Assembly (NCBI GenBank): GCA_965116885.1
Contig: OZ220741.1
Coordinates: 1,152,001-1,216,000 of the forward strand
DNA length: 64,000 nucleotides
Reading direction: 5' to 3'
Source: Candidatus Latescibacterota bacterium
GTDB taxonomy: Bacteria; Latescibacterota; UBA2968
Numbering within the stretch: position 1 is the first letter of the stretch; the number at the start of each line of letters is the position of its first letter. Of this stretch, positions 38,545 through 47,688 are shown piece by piece. The notes below the pieces were generated by a model. It made no database searches. It was not told where the DNA came from and saw only the letters and a program-made list of their open reading frames with translations. The position numbers were made by a program, and so were the translations under genes.

Positions 38545-39732
38545 CTACCAATTCGCATTCCCCTTATCCCAGGGATGCGCTTTGAGTACCTCTTCAACCA
38601 TCTCAATACCCCATCCCGGACCTGAGGGAATCGTCAAATATCCGTTCTCAATTTCTGGCAAATTAGTAACCATATCTTCGCGCCAGGGCACATCGTCAAC
38701 ATCAATCTCCATAATACGCACATTGGGCAAAACCGCGCACAGACTCGCACTAATACACGTCGAAAGATGGCTATAATAATTGTGCGGCGCAACATTGAGT
38801 TGATACGCCTCGGCCAAATCCCCCACCTTTTTCGACTGCGCAAACCCATTCCACGGCACATCGATCATAAATACATCCGCAGACCGCGCCTGGAAATAAG
38901 GAATAAACTCGCGCATATAAAACAAATTTTCACCCGTACAAATTTTAGTACGCGTCGCATCCTTAATCTGCCGAATCGCATCTGGCTCGTACATATCGAT
39001 CTCCAGCCATAGCAAATCAAATTGTTCCAGCACCTGAGCAATACGCATACACGACTCGGGCTTAAAATTAAAATTCAAATCCAGATTGATATCGACATCC
39101 GGACCCACAGCATCTCGAAACGTCCCAATAAGCGTCTCAATATGTCGGAGAATCTGCCGCGAAACCACGCCATCCGTCGTCCCCGGTTCGCCGCCAAAAC
39201 CCCCAAAATACACACTGGCCGGATCCCCCGGTACCACAATATTCGTCTTCAGCGCCGTATAGCCCTTCTCCACAACCTCCCGCCCCAGCGCGGCAATATC
39301 ATCCATCGTGCGAAGCGGTGGCGTATTGAGCAAATCGCTATTGCGCGCACGCGAAGTACCGCAATGCGACCAGTAAACCCGAACCCGCTCGCGCGTTGGA
39401 CCCCCAAAAAGCTCCACAACAGAAATACCGAGCGCACGCGCCTTAATATCAATAAGCGCGAGCTCAACACCCGCAATCGCCTTCGCCGCAATACCTCCCG
39501 GACTCTGCCGCGTCCCCCGCAACATATCCCAAAAACGCATCTCATAAGCGCGGGGATCCTTGCCGAGGAGCAAAGGCGTCAAATCGCGCACCGTACCCGT
39601 AACCCCATAGGGACTGCGACCATCGCTACACTCCCCCCAGCCGCTAATACCCTCATCTGTATCCACCCGAACAAATATCCACGGGCGCCAACCCGCATCC
39701 ACAATAAACGTCTCAATATTGGTAATCTTCAT
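38545..39732 (-). CDS. Mandelate racemase/muconate lactonizing (enolase superfamily) acid-sugar dehydratase
   Basis: V.TDEG..GWGE, ALIDIKAR.LG, GYTALK, TGEN, APHN, P.GPGWG. Confidence 0.9.
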   Translation of the reverse strand: MKITNIETFIVDAGWRPWIFVRVDTDEGISGWGECSDGRSPYGVTGTVRDLTPLLLGKDPRAYEMRFWDMLRGTRQSPGGIAAKAIAGVELALIDIKARALGISVVELFGGPTRERVRVYWSHCGTSRARNSDLLNTPPLRTMDDIAALGREVVEKGYTALKTNIVVPGDPASVYFGGFGGEPGTTDGVVSRQILRHIETLIGTFRDAVGPDVDINLDLNFNFKPESCMRIAQVLEQFDLLWLEIDMYEPDAIRQIKDATRTKICTGENLFYMREFIPYFQARSADVFMIDVPWNGFAQSKKVGDLAEAYQLNVAPHNYYSHLSTCISASLCAVLPNVRIMEIDVDDVPWREDMVTNLPEIENGYLTIPSGPGWGIEMVEEVLKAHPWDKGNANW

Positions 39733-39755
39733 ATAATAGTTTCCTCTGTTATATA

Positions 39756-39886
39756 GACCTACCCCCAACCCCTTCCTAAGAGGAAGGGGAGCCAAGCAGA
39801 TTGGCATAATGGCCTGTTTAAATGTTAAATCTGATCGTGCTACACTCCCCCTTTCCTTTCAGGAGAGGGGGCCGGGGAGAGAGGTC
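39756..39886. repeat. GACC...GGTC REP/MITE-like element (family 2), longer spacer
   Basis: Left and right arms match 15491-15574. Confidence 0.7.
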
Positions 39887-39892
39887 GCTCCC

Positions 39893-40636
39893 TTATACCG
39901 GCGGTTGTGTAACGCGATTAAACCCCATCGGATCCTCACCGTGAATAACCGGAAGCGCGTGATCTTCGGAATCGTACCTGAGAACATGGACAATCGGAGG
40001 AATCGCCCGCACCGCCAGACCAATGCGCCGCAAATCCGAGAAATTGGCTTTCGAATGATGCAACGTGCGCTCATTAAACAAAATAAACTCGCCGGGCTGC
40101 ATCTCCAGATCGACCAACTCATCCGGATCGTAATACCCCGCATCGGCCATCTCCTTGAACTGCACATCTGGCGTGGCTTTGATATGGGGAATAATTTTGC
40201 GATGTGAACCGGGAATAAGCTGCAAATTCCCATTCTCCTTTGTCGAAGCATCCACCGCAATCCACGCCGAAACAATAATCGGCGGCTCGAGCGGCCAATA
40301 GTTGAAATCCTGATGCCAGGGAATCGCCTTCGTACCCTTGTATTTGATAAAAAAATTCGTGCGCCACAACAACAAATCTTCGCCGTACAAAGCCACCATG
40401 CGACTGAGAATCTCCGGATGCGTTGACAAATCGTAAACCGCGCGACTATCCAGATGCCGGTTGTGAATGCGATTCTTACCATTCGGCGGATCTGTCTCCA
40501 GCACCTCTTCAATCGCCGGACGAAGCTCTGCCATCTCCGCCTCAGAACACAGCGAATACGGACCCAGATAGCCCTTCGTGCGAAAATGCAGCATCTCCTC
40601 TTCCGTCAGTACCGCAGGTACTTCAGCTATAGCCAT
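39893..40636 (-). CDS. Phytanoyl-CoA dioxygenase (PhyH) family Fe(II)/2OG oxygenase
   Basis: IPWHQD, ENG.L.LIPGSH, TLHHS..N....RR. Confidence 0.9.
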   Translation of the reverse strand: MAIAEVPAVLTEEEMLHFRTKGYLGPYSLCSEAEMAELRPAIEEVLETDPPNGKNRIHNRHLDSRAVYDLSTHPEILSRMVALYGEDLLLWRTNFFIKYKGTKAIPWHQDFNYWPLEPPIIVSAWIAVDASTKENGNLQLIPGSHRKIIPHIKATPDVQFKEMADAGYYDPDELVDLEMQPGEFILFNERTLHHSKANFSDLRRIGLAVRAIPPIVHVLRYDSEDHALPVIHGEDPMGFNRVTQPPV

Positions 40637-40647
40637 CTCATATCTCC

Positions 40648-41808
40648 TTATACAATATCCCCAACCTCAATCCGATACATCTGCCGTCCATCGCCCATAT
40701 GTGGCGAATCAATCACCACAAACTGCCCATCGGGACTAAAGCGCGGATGCAAATCACAGCGCCACTCGCCCGTATAAGGCTCCGGCGACGGGAAAACGCC
40801 CAGATCGACGCGCTTGCCAGTCGCAACGTGATAAAGATACGGAACTTGATTCCGATCACCCTGTGAAGGATACGTATCATTGAGAATCCACTCACTGCCC
40901 GGCAAATACGTACAGTGCCCATTAACCGTCATAACCCCATCGCCAATCACCTCTGGCTCCGCATCGGACAGATCCCGATAGTGATAAAACTTATTCCCAT
41001 GCGACGGGTGATACGCCCACCCCAGAATCGTCTCTGGATCGCGCCAGATAAAATGCGACATCTTGCCGTAATCATCAACCACATGCAAACATGACCCATC
41101 GGCATTTGCCGTCATCATCCGCGTATCAAAACCGCCCTCGCCAAATCGCCAGCGATGCAAAAAAATGAACCGCGACCCATCCGTATTAAACAGCAAATGA
41201 TTAAAATAATGCCGCGCCCCGGAAATATCGCCATGCGGATAGGGAATCGCAGCAACCTCGGCAATCGCAACAACAAGCCTTGATTCGCCCGTCTCCAGAT
41301 CCACAGAATAAACACCCACATCATCCGGCGCACGCACATCGCGATTGGGATCGGGAATCCCCGCATACCCATACCCGGGCCGCATGTGATTAATCCGGCG
41401 AAAATCAGCACCAATCGCTGTCTTCCCATCCGGCGAAAGCGTATAAATCGCGTGCGGAAGCGTGCGAATCGCCCCCGTTCTCACATTGTATATCCGCGAG
41501 ACAAACGCATCCCCTTCGCGATCATTAAAAATAACATCCGTATCCGAATTGGGAATCCACTGCAACATACACCCCTGTTGCCAGCACCAGGCCCGCGTGC
41601 GCCCGAACTCATACCACGTATCCCCATCCGCCATATCAATAATACCCAGCGCAACTGTATCATCCGCCTCAGGCGACCGGTGTTCAAAATCCACCGCCAT
41701 ACCGAGCGCGTACCGACCCGAAGGATCTATTTGCCACTTGTCGTAATAACCAAACCAGTGGTACTCAGGTCCCCGAGTAATCGCGCGAATGGGGGGATAA
41801 TCAGACAT
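40648..41808 (-). CDS. TolB/oligogalacturonate lyase-like beta-propeller protein
   Basis: HWFGYYD, WCWQQG, YFNHL.F, GHCTY, RCDLHPRFSPDG. Confidence 0.7.
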   Translation of the reverse strand: MSDYPPIRAITRGPEYHWFGYYDKWQIDPSGRYALGMAVDFEHRSPEADDTVALGIIDMADGDTWYEFGRTRAWCWQQGCMLQWIPNSDTDVIFNDREGDAFVSRIYNVRTGAIRTLPHAIYTLSPDGKTAIGADFRRINHMRPGYGYAGIPDPNRDVRAPDDVGVYSVDLETGESRLVVAIAEVAAIPYPHGDISGARHYFNHLLFNTDGSRFIFLHRWRFGEGGFDTRMMTANADGSCLHVVDDYGKMSHFIWRDPETILGWAYHPSHGNKFYHYRDLSDAEPEVIGDGVMTVNGHCTYLPGSEWILNDTYPSQGDRNQVPYLYHVATGKRVDLGVFPSPEPYTGEWRCDLHPRFSPDGQFVVIDSPHMGDGRQMYRIEVGDIV

Positions 41809-41839
41809 ATAATAATCCTTTATAATAATGGGCAACCCG

Positions 41840-41907
41840 CGGGCGACCACAGGGGGTCGCCCCTACAAACAAACCGTCATCGTAGGGGACGGCCCCTGTG
41901 CCGTCCC
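41840..41907. repeat. Inverted pair of GTAG-type REPs (family 1)
   Basis: CGGGCGACCACAGGGGGTCGCCCCTAC ... GTAGGGGACGGCCCCTGTGCCGTCCC. Confidence 0.85.
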
Positions 41908-42071
41908 AGTCCCTAAATTATGTCCCCAAATGTATTCCCGCAACCCTAAGAAACAGTGCTGAACTTAGCCTATGGTGAAATAGTCGATAGACCATTGACT
42001 TTTTGCTGTGATAGCATATCTTGTTTATATGACTCCGCCCCCTCTCTCGAAAGAGAAACAGGAGATCTATC

Positions 42072-42269
42072 ATGGCCGAAACCACCGAATCTCAAGCGAC
42101 CACATCTGACGATAATACCCATTGGGGCATTGCGTATCTACGCGAAGACCTGCAAGACATACGCCTGCAGATAATCGAGACGAATAAGCGCATTGATTCC
42201 CGTTTCACCTATCTCATCACGACCATGGTCGCAATAGCGGGCATTCTCATCGCCGTCATCAAACTGTAA
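42072..42269 (+). CDS. Small coiled-coil protein with C-terminal membrane anchor
   Basis: AGGAG RBS; LREDLQDIR..I.ETNKRIDSRF then hydrophobic tail. Confidence 0.7.
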   Translation: MAETTESQATTSDDNTHWGIAYLREDLQDIRLQIIETNKRIDSRFTYLITTMVAIAGILIAVIKL

Positions 42270-42278
42270 GACCTGCCC

Positions 42279-43442
42279 TTGTCCTCAAATAGCAATAACA
42301 GCCGTTTTCAGACCCGCGACGTAATCACCCTCTCCGGTGGGCATGCAGTACACGATACATACAGCGGATTCTTACCGCCCTTACTCCCCATCTTTATACA
42401 AACCCTATCCCTATCCAAAACCGAAGCCAGCTTGTTAATGGTCGTCAGGCAGGCACCCTCGGTATTTCAACCCATCATCGGACATCAGGCAGACCGCTTG
42501 AACTTGCGATCTCTCGTAATCCTGGGACCTGCAATAACGGGCATCGCCATGAGCTTGCTCGGCATAGCGCACGGTTACCTCGCCCTCGTCGTCCTATTAT
42601 TAATCACGGGATTTAGCTCCGCGGCATTTCACGCCGTTGGACCCGCAATGGCCGGAACGCTCTCGGGTCCCAACCTGGGTCGCGGAATGGGCATCTGGAT
42701 GTTGTGCGGTGAACTCGGTCGCACCCTGGGACCTATCTTAATCGTAAGCGTCATCGGCCTGTGGGGAATCGTCGGAATGACCTATCTGATACCCGCCGGT
42801 ATATTGGCCTCACTGATACTCCTATTGCGGATGAGAAGCGTTGCAAGCCGCGTCATATCCGCATATAAAGCACTAACCTGGCAGGCCGCCTTAAAACGCA
42901 TGGCACCGGTCATGATACCTCTATCGGGCATTGTATTTGTCCGCGCATTCATGATGGCCTCTCTAACCGCATTCCTCCCCACCTTTTTGACCGAAGAAGG
43001 CGCCAGCTTGTGGCTATCGGGCGCATCTCTCTCCGTACTGGAAGGTGCGGGCATTGGCGGCGCGCTAATCGGCGGATGGGTAAGCGACCGATGGGGGCGC
43101 AAACAAATCCTCGGCTTCTCCATGATCGCAACCCCCCTCCTCCTATTTGTCTTTCTCGAAACCCAGGGCTGGGCCTTATTTCCCATTTTAATCATCCTGG
43201 GCTTTGTCGCCCTCTCCACCGGTCCCGTGGTCATGGCAATGGTACAGGAAAGCTGCCCAGAAAACCGGGCATTTGCCAATGGCCTTTACATGGGCGCGGG
43301 ATTCGCGCTTCGCGGTGTCGCAATGTTGCTCCTCGGCATCATGGCAGACGCGTATGGCCTGCGCCGGGCTTTTGAAATCAGCGCGATCTTGATGTTGCTC
43401 GGCGTTGTGCTGGTATTTCGAATACCGGGTAAAAGCACCTGA
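42279..43442 (+). CDS. MFS transporter (Fsr-like)
   Basis: HAVHD.Y, QPIIG..ADR, AAFH, GGWVSDRWGRK; about 12 TM. Confidence 0.9.
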   Translation: MSSNSNNSRFQTRDVITLSGGHAVHDTYSGFLPPLLPIFIQTLSLSKTEASLLMVVRQAPSVFQPIIGHQADRLNLRSLVILGPAITGIAMSLLGIAHGYLALVVLLLITGFSSAAFHAVGPAMAGTLSGPNLGRGMGIWMLCGELGRTLGPILIVSVIGLWGIVGMTYLIPAGILASLILLLRMRSVASRVISAYKALTWQAALKRMAPVMIPLSGIVFVRAFMMASLTAFLPTFLTEEGASLWLSGASLSVLEGAGIGGALIGGWVSDRWGRKQILGFSMIATPLLLFVFLETQGWALFPILIILGFVALSTGPVVMAMVQESCPENRAFANGLYMGAGFALRGVAMLLLGIMADAYGLRRAFEISAILMLLGVVLVFRIPGKST

Positions 43443-43486
43443 TTTACGCAACAAACTCCCTCTCTCACCTCCCATCCCACCTTTCA

Positions 43487-43608
43487 TAAGTGTTCATTTT
43501 CGGACACTACTGTATCAAAATCGGACACTTTCTAAACTGCTAATTTCAAGCGATTTTTCATAACTTATTGTTATTTCATCATTTAAGTCTTTTGGCACGA
43601 TTATTGCA
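43487..43608 (+). promoter_or_regulatory. Sigma-54 promoter with upstream enhancer (copy 1)
   Basis: TGGCAC-GATTA-TTGCA at 43593-43608; 45-bp block with two ...CGGACAC sites at 43487-43531. Confidence 0.85.
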
Positions 43609-43715
43609 GTAAAATCGGGACAAAGAACACGCACCGCAAAGAGGCGTCGCCTAAAATTGTGTAGATTGGGGTATCCTCGCAGATCCTACAGCCGTAAAAT
43701 CCTCAGGAGGAAATC

Positions 43716-45140
43716 ATGATTTCCATCAGCCCGATTTTTCGAAAGAACAGTATTTTTGTTTGTCTGCTTATACTCTTCTCACTCTCTGTCCATTCCACAC
43801 TCTTCAGCCTTTCCAAGAACGCCCAGGATTCCTCTGTTGCGCGATTTGACTCAGCTAATATGGATGAAGTTGTGATCCCCCTGGAGCGTGTACCTTTAAG
43901 CTCACAAGCATTATCGAGATTCAGGTCATCATCAATTGACTTTCACGATCACGATTGGATAAGTCGAAAACCGCTCGAGGAGGGTCTGCGAGGATTTCCA
44001 CCGGGAATGACCATAGAATTCTATGGTGTATTCGAGTTGAGTGCCCTACAGTTGTGCATTCTTTATTATCAAGAAGAGACCGATCGAAAACTCTGGGAAC
44101 CGTATGACTTAGGAGTACCTGTAGATAGCAAAGTATCCTTTGTGAATGGCCGGGATCGGAATGGAAATGCTGTTTTCCTTTTTGATACCAACAACAATGA
44201 AGACTTCTCCGATGAACATGCGATATATCCAGAGAACTTCGGTACAGTATTTCGTCTGCTGAGCTACATTCTACCCTGGAGACTTACTTATGGGCAGAAG
44301 GCAAATGCCACCGTTGAATTTGAATATAACGATGGTAGAATCGCCAAAACCCAAAAGGTGGGCGTGGAGGTTCATAGATATACGCAATATGTGAAAAAGC
44401 AGAACGATCCAACCTTCCCAAAATTCAGGGGAAGCGTGACTGAATACAGAAAAGGACGAGTGAAAATAGATGGTCAATTATACGACCTGGCGATCTACAA
44501 CAAAGGACGTTTCGCGACCTACTCTACCAAAATTTATAACAGAATACTATGGGATCTCAATCACGATGGCATATTCGGGAATGAACGCGAATCAGCGGAA
44601 TATTACGACGCCGACAAACCCTTTAATATCGGTGGTACCACATTTGAAGTTAAAAGCATCTCAGCCTCTGGTGATGAAATTATCCTCAGAAAATCAGATG
44701 TCTCCGTCCCAACAAAGGCTGAGATCAAACGAGGTTCTGTGGCACCGGATTTTGCAGTTACCGATATAAATGGAAAGAATCTTCAACTTTCAAATTTCAG
44801 GGGTAAATACGTTTTGTTGGACTTCTGGTACACCGGGTGCGGGCCATGTATCAAAGATACCCCCAGATTGAAAGCACTATCTGAAAAATTCGACCGGGAT
44901 AATTTCGAGATTATCGGCGTTAGTGCCGATATTAGAAGAGACAAAGTCGAGAATTATGTGGAGAAGTCTCACATTGGATGGCCCCAAATCCTGGACACTA
45001 TAGACAACAATAACAAGGTGTCAAAAATGTATAACATTGGAGGCCATCCGCACTATGTCCTGATTGACCGGGAAGGGAAGGTTATGATGACGAATCGTTC
45101 TTTTCGAGTCACCCTCACTCTCATCTCTCCACTCCTTTAA
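43716..45140 (+). CDS. Exported TlpA-family thiol-disulfide oxidoreductase with large N-terminal domain
   Basis: Signal peptide; APDF.VTD..GK...LS.FRGKYVLLDFWYTGCGPC. Confidence 0.85.
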   Translation: MISISPIFRKNSIFVCLLILFSLSVHSTLFSLSKNAQDSSVARFDSANMDEVVIPLERVPLSSQALSRFRSSSIDFHDHDWISRKPLEEGLRGFPPGMTIEFYGVFELSALQLCILYYQEETDRKLWEPYDLGVPVDSKVSFVNGRDRNGNAVFLFDTNNNEDFSDEHAIYPENFGTVFRLLSYILPWRLTYGQKANATVEFEYNDGRIAKTQKVGVEVHRYTQYVKKQNDPTFPKFRGSVTEYRKGRVKIDGQLYDLAIYNKGRFATYSTKIYNRILWDLNHDGIFGNERESAEYYDADKPFNIGGTTFEVKSISASGDEIILRKSDVSVPTKAEIKRGSVAPDFAVTDINGKNLQLSNFRGKYVLLDFWYTGCGPCIKDTPRLKALSEKFDRDNFEIIGVSADIRRDKVENYVEKSHIGWPQILDTIDNNNKVSKMYNIGGHPHYVLIDREGKVMMTNRSFRVTLTLISPLL

Positions 45141-45184
45141 GACAAGCTTCGTCATGACTGCCTGAGACAGCCAGAGAGAATAAA

Positions 45185-47641
45185 ATGCTCCGCAACTATC
45201 TGACAGTAGCATACCGAAATCTCGTCCGTTACAAAGTGTATTCTGCGATCAATATCACCGGCCTGGCAATCGGCATTGCGTTTTGCATCTTGACATTCCT
45301 GTACATACATCACGAGTGGACCTATGATGCGTTTCACAAGAATGCCGACCAAATTTATCGGGTATATACCGAATTCCGTGGACCAGATAACAAATTTTAT
45401 CGCACGCCTACGGTCCCAACCGCTTTGCGCAATGAATTAGTCCAAACTGTAACAGGCGTGGACCAGACTGTGCGATTGGTTGCCGGACGAGGAGACGATC
45501 CCGATGATCAAGAGATACAGGTTACGTACGGAAATCAGATCTTTAAGTTGCCTTTTCTGATCGTAGATCCCGAATTCTTAGACATGTTTTCGTTTCCTCT
45601 TCGCTCTGGCGATTCGGAAATTGCCCTCAAACATCCGCAATCTGTTGTATTGAGTGCTGAAACAGCAAAGAAAATTTTCGGAAATGAAAATCCAATCGGA
45701 AAACAACTGACACTGCGATCTCTATGGAGCCACGAACGCGCTGACTTCACAGTAACCGGCGTTGCCGAACCCATACCCGACAACTCATCGCTTCAGTTTG
45801 ATATGTTGCTACCATATCAGCATCTATGGTTCTTGCTTTACGAGGAAGCAGATGATTGGAACCTCTTTTCCAGATGTGGTACTTACGTCCAACTAAGTGA
45901 AAATACAAAATCCACAGATATAGAACCGGCGATGCACGCGATTGTAAAAGCGCATATGCTGCGACCAGAGATCTCAGCGGCCAACTTACAGTTGCGACTT
46001 CAGCCGCTGACAAATCTGCACCATCGAATAGATCTTATAGACTCCACTTACCGCAATATGAAGGCACCCCGGGATCCAATGAACGGGTATGGACTGATCT
46101 GTCTTTCGTTGTTGGTTCTGGTCATGGCTTCCATCAATTTTGTCAACCTTGCGGTGGGTCGGTTGGTCACCCGAACAAAAGAAGTGGGCATTCGCAAAGT
46201 TGTAGGCGCGGTGCGCCCTCAACTGATTCGGCAATTCTTAAGCGAGTCGATATTACTGAGCCTTGTGGCCGTAGTTTTAGGTCTGTCCCTTGCAGAACTG
46301 GTGCTACCGTTTTTCAATGAATTTATGCACCAGAACCTGTCCTTCGAAAATATTTTTACCTGGCCTACTCTTGTCTTTTTGATCGCTCTGGTCGCAGTCG
46401 TCGGTCTCCTGATTGGCAGCTATCCCGCATTTATGATCTCCGGGTTTAATCCGGTTCGCATTCTCACCGGGCGGTTTAAGCTGAGCCATCGCAATCTGTT
46501 TGGTCGCGGACTCGTCTTCGGACAGCTTGCCGTGTCGAGTGCTTTGATTACCTGCACGCTGATCATGGTTTATCAACTTCAATTTGTAAAAGAAAAAGAT
46601 CTTGGTTTTAACAAGGAATTTGTCATTGACATTAACACAGACAGTCTTCACGATTTTAGCGGGCAGCACGATTTGCTCAAGAACTATTATTTGCAACATC
46701 ACAAGGTGGTTGGAGGCACGACAGTGGGAAGACCACTGTTGGGTTGGCAAAGTAGATACGAAGGGACAGGAGAACAGGAGCAATCTCTGTGGGTAAGCCG
46801 TTTCTATGTGGATTACGATTTTGTAAAAACGCTCGAAATGAAGGTGCTATCGGGACGAGATTTTAACTCTAATGTGAATGATCAAGCACAGGGCAACATT
46901 CTCGTAAATGAAGAACTGGTCAAACAGATGGGATGGGACGACCCGATTGGACAGACCATCACATTTGAGGGCAGAGGAGGACGCTCCTTGAGAGAGTCAA
47001 AAGGGGTTACCCGGGTCATTGGCGTGGTGCAGGATTTCTATTTAATGCCGCTCCAGCAAAACGTTCAACCCGCGATGCTTTTACTGAGTCCTATAGGAAA
47101 TTCAAGAAATTTCTTAGTGCGAATCAAACCTGGCGATGTTGCCGAAACTTTGAAATACCTGGAAACAGGATGGAAAGAAATCGCGCCCGCTGGCGAGCCA
47201 TTTTACTTCACGTTTGTGGACGAGGATATTGAGAATTATTACCGGAACTTTTTAAGTTGGAGCAGAATCGTGGGCTATGCAACGATTCTGGCTGTTTTTA
47301 TCGCCTGTCTGGGTGCATTTGGGCTAACGGCATTGGCCGTGGCAAGGCGAACCAAAGAAATAGGCATTCGAAAAATTATGGGCGCTTCGGTTTTAAATAT
47401 CGTATCGCTGTTATCGCGTGAATTTGTAATACTGGTTATAGTCGCAAATCTATGCGCCTGGCCCCTGACTTATCTAATAATGATCTGGTGGTTACAGAGT
47501 TTTGCCTACCGCATTGGACTGACAGCCGGGGTATTTGCACTCGGCGCCTTGCTGACCCTATTGGTCGTAATCGGAACAGTGAGCCTACAAGCCGTGAAAG
47601 CAGCAAAAATGAATCCCGTGGAAGCGTTGCGGTATGAGTAA
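45185..47641 (+). CDS. MacB/FtsX-type ABC transporter permease (duplicated two-domain), array member 1
   Basis: NYL.VA.RNL, two R.KE.GIRK..GA motifs, NPVEALRYE end. Confidence 0.93.
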   Translation: MLRNYLTVAYRNLVRYKVYSAINITGLAIGIAFCILTFLYIHHEWTYDAFHKNADQIYRVYTEFRGPDNKFYRTPTVPTALRNELVQTVTGVDQTVRLVAGRGDDPDDQEIQVTYGNQIFKLPFLIVDPEFLDMFSFPLRSGDSEIALKHPQSVVLSAETAKKIFGNENPIGKQLTLRSLWSHERADFTVTGVAEPIPDNSSLQFDMLLPYQHLWFLLYEEADDWNLFSRCGTYVQLSENTKSTDIEPAMHAIVKAHMLRPEISAANLQLRLQPLTNLHHRIDLIDSTYRNMKAPRDPMNGYGLICLSLLVLVMASINFVNLAVGRLVTRTKEVGIRKVVGAVRPQLIRQFLSESILLSLVAVVLGLSLAELVLPFFNEFMHQNLSFENIFTWPTLVFLIALVAVVGLLIGSYPAFMISGFNPVRILTGRFKLSHRNLFGRGLVFGQLAVSSALITCTLIMVYQLQFVKEKDLGFNKEFVIDINTDSLHDFSGQHDLLKNYYLQHHKVVGGTTVGRPLLGWQSRYEGTGEQEQSLWVSRFYVDYDFVKTLEMKVLSGRDFNSNVNDQAQGNILVNEELVKQMGWDDPIGQTITFEGRGGRSLRESKGVTRVIGVVQDFYLMPLQQNVQPAMLLLSPIGNSRNFLVRIKPGDVAETLKYLETGWKEIAPAGEPFYFTFVDEDIENYYRNFLSWSRIVGYATILAVFIACLGAFGLTALAVARRTKEIGIRKIMGASVLNIVSLLSREFVILVIVANLCAWPLTYLIMIWWLQSFAYRIGLTAGVFALGALLTLLVVIGTVSLQAVKAAKMNPVEALRYE

Positions 47642-47688
47642 GCTACAAGGTCGCCCGAATTCTCTCATTCTTTATGCAAGGAAATAAA

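Noticed and set aside
39893..40636. Possible Fe/2OG halogenase
   Set aside because: Retains the HxD facial triad (HQD); halogenases have Ala/Gly there.
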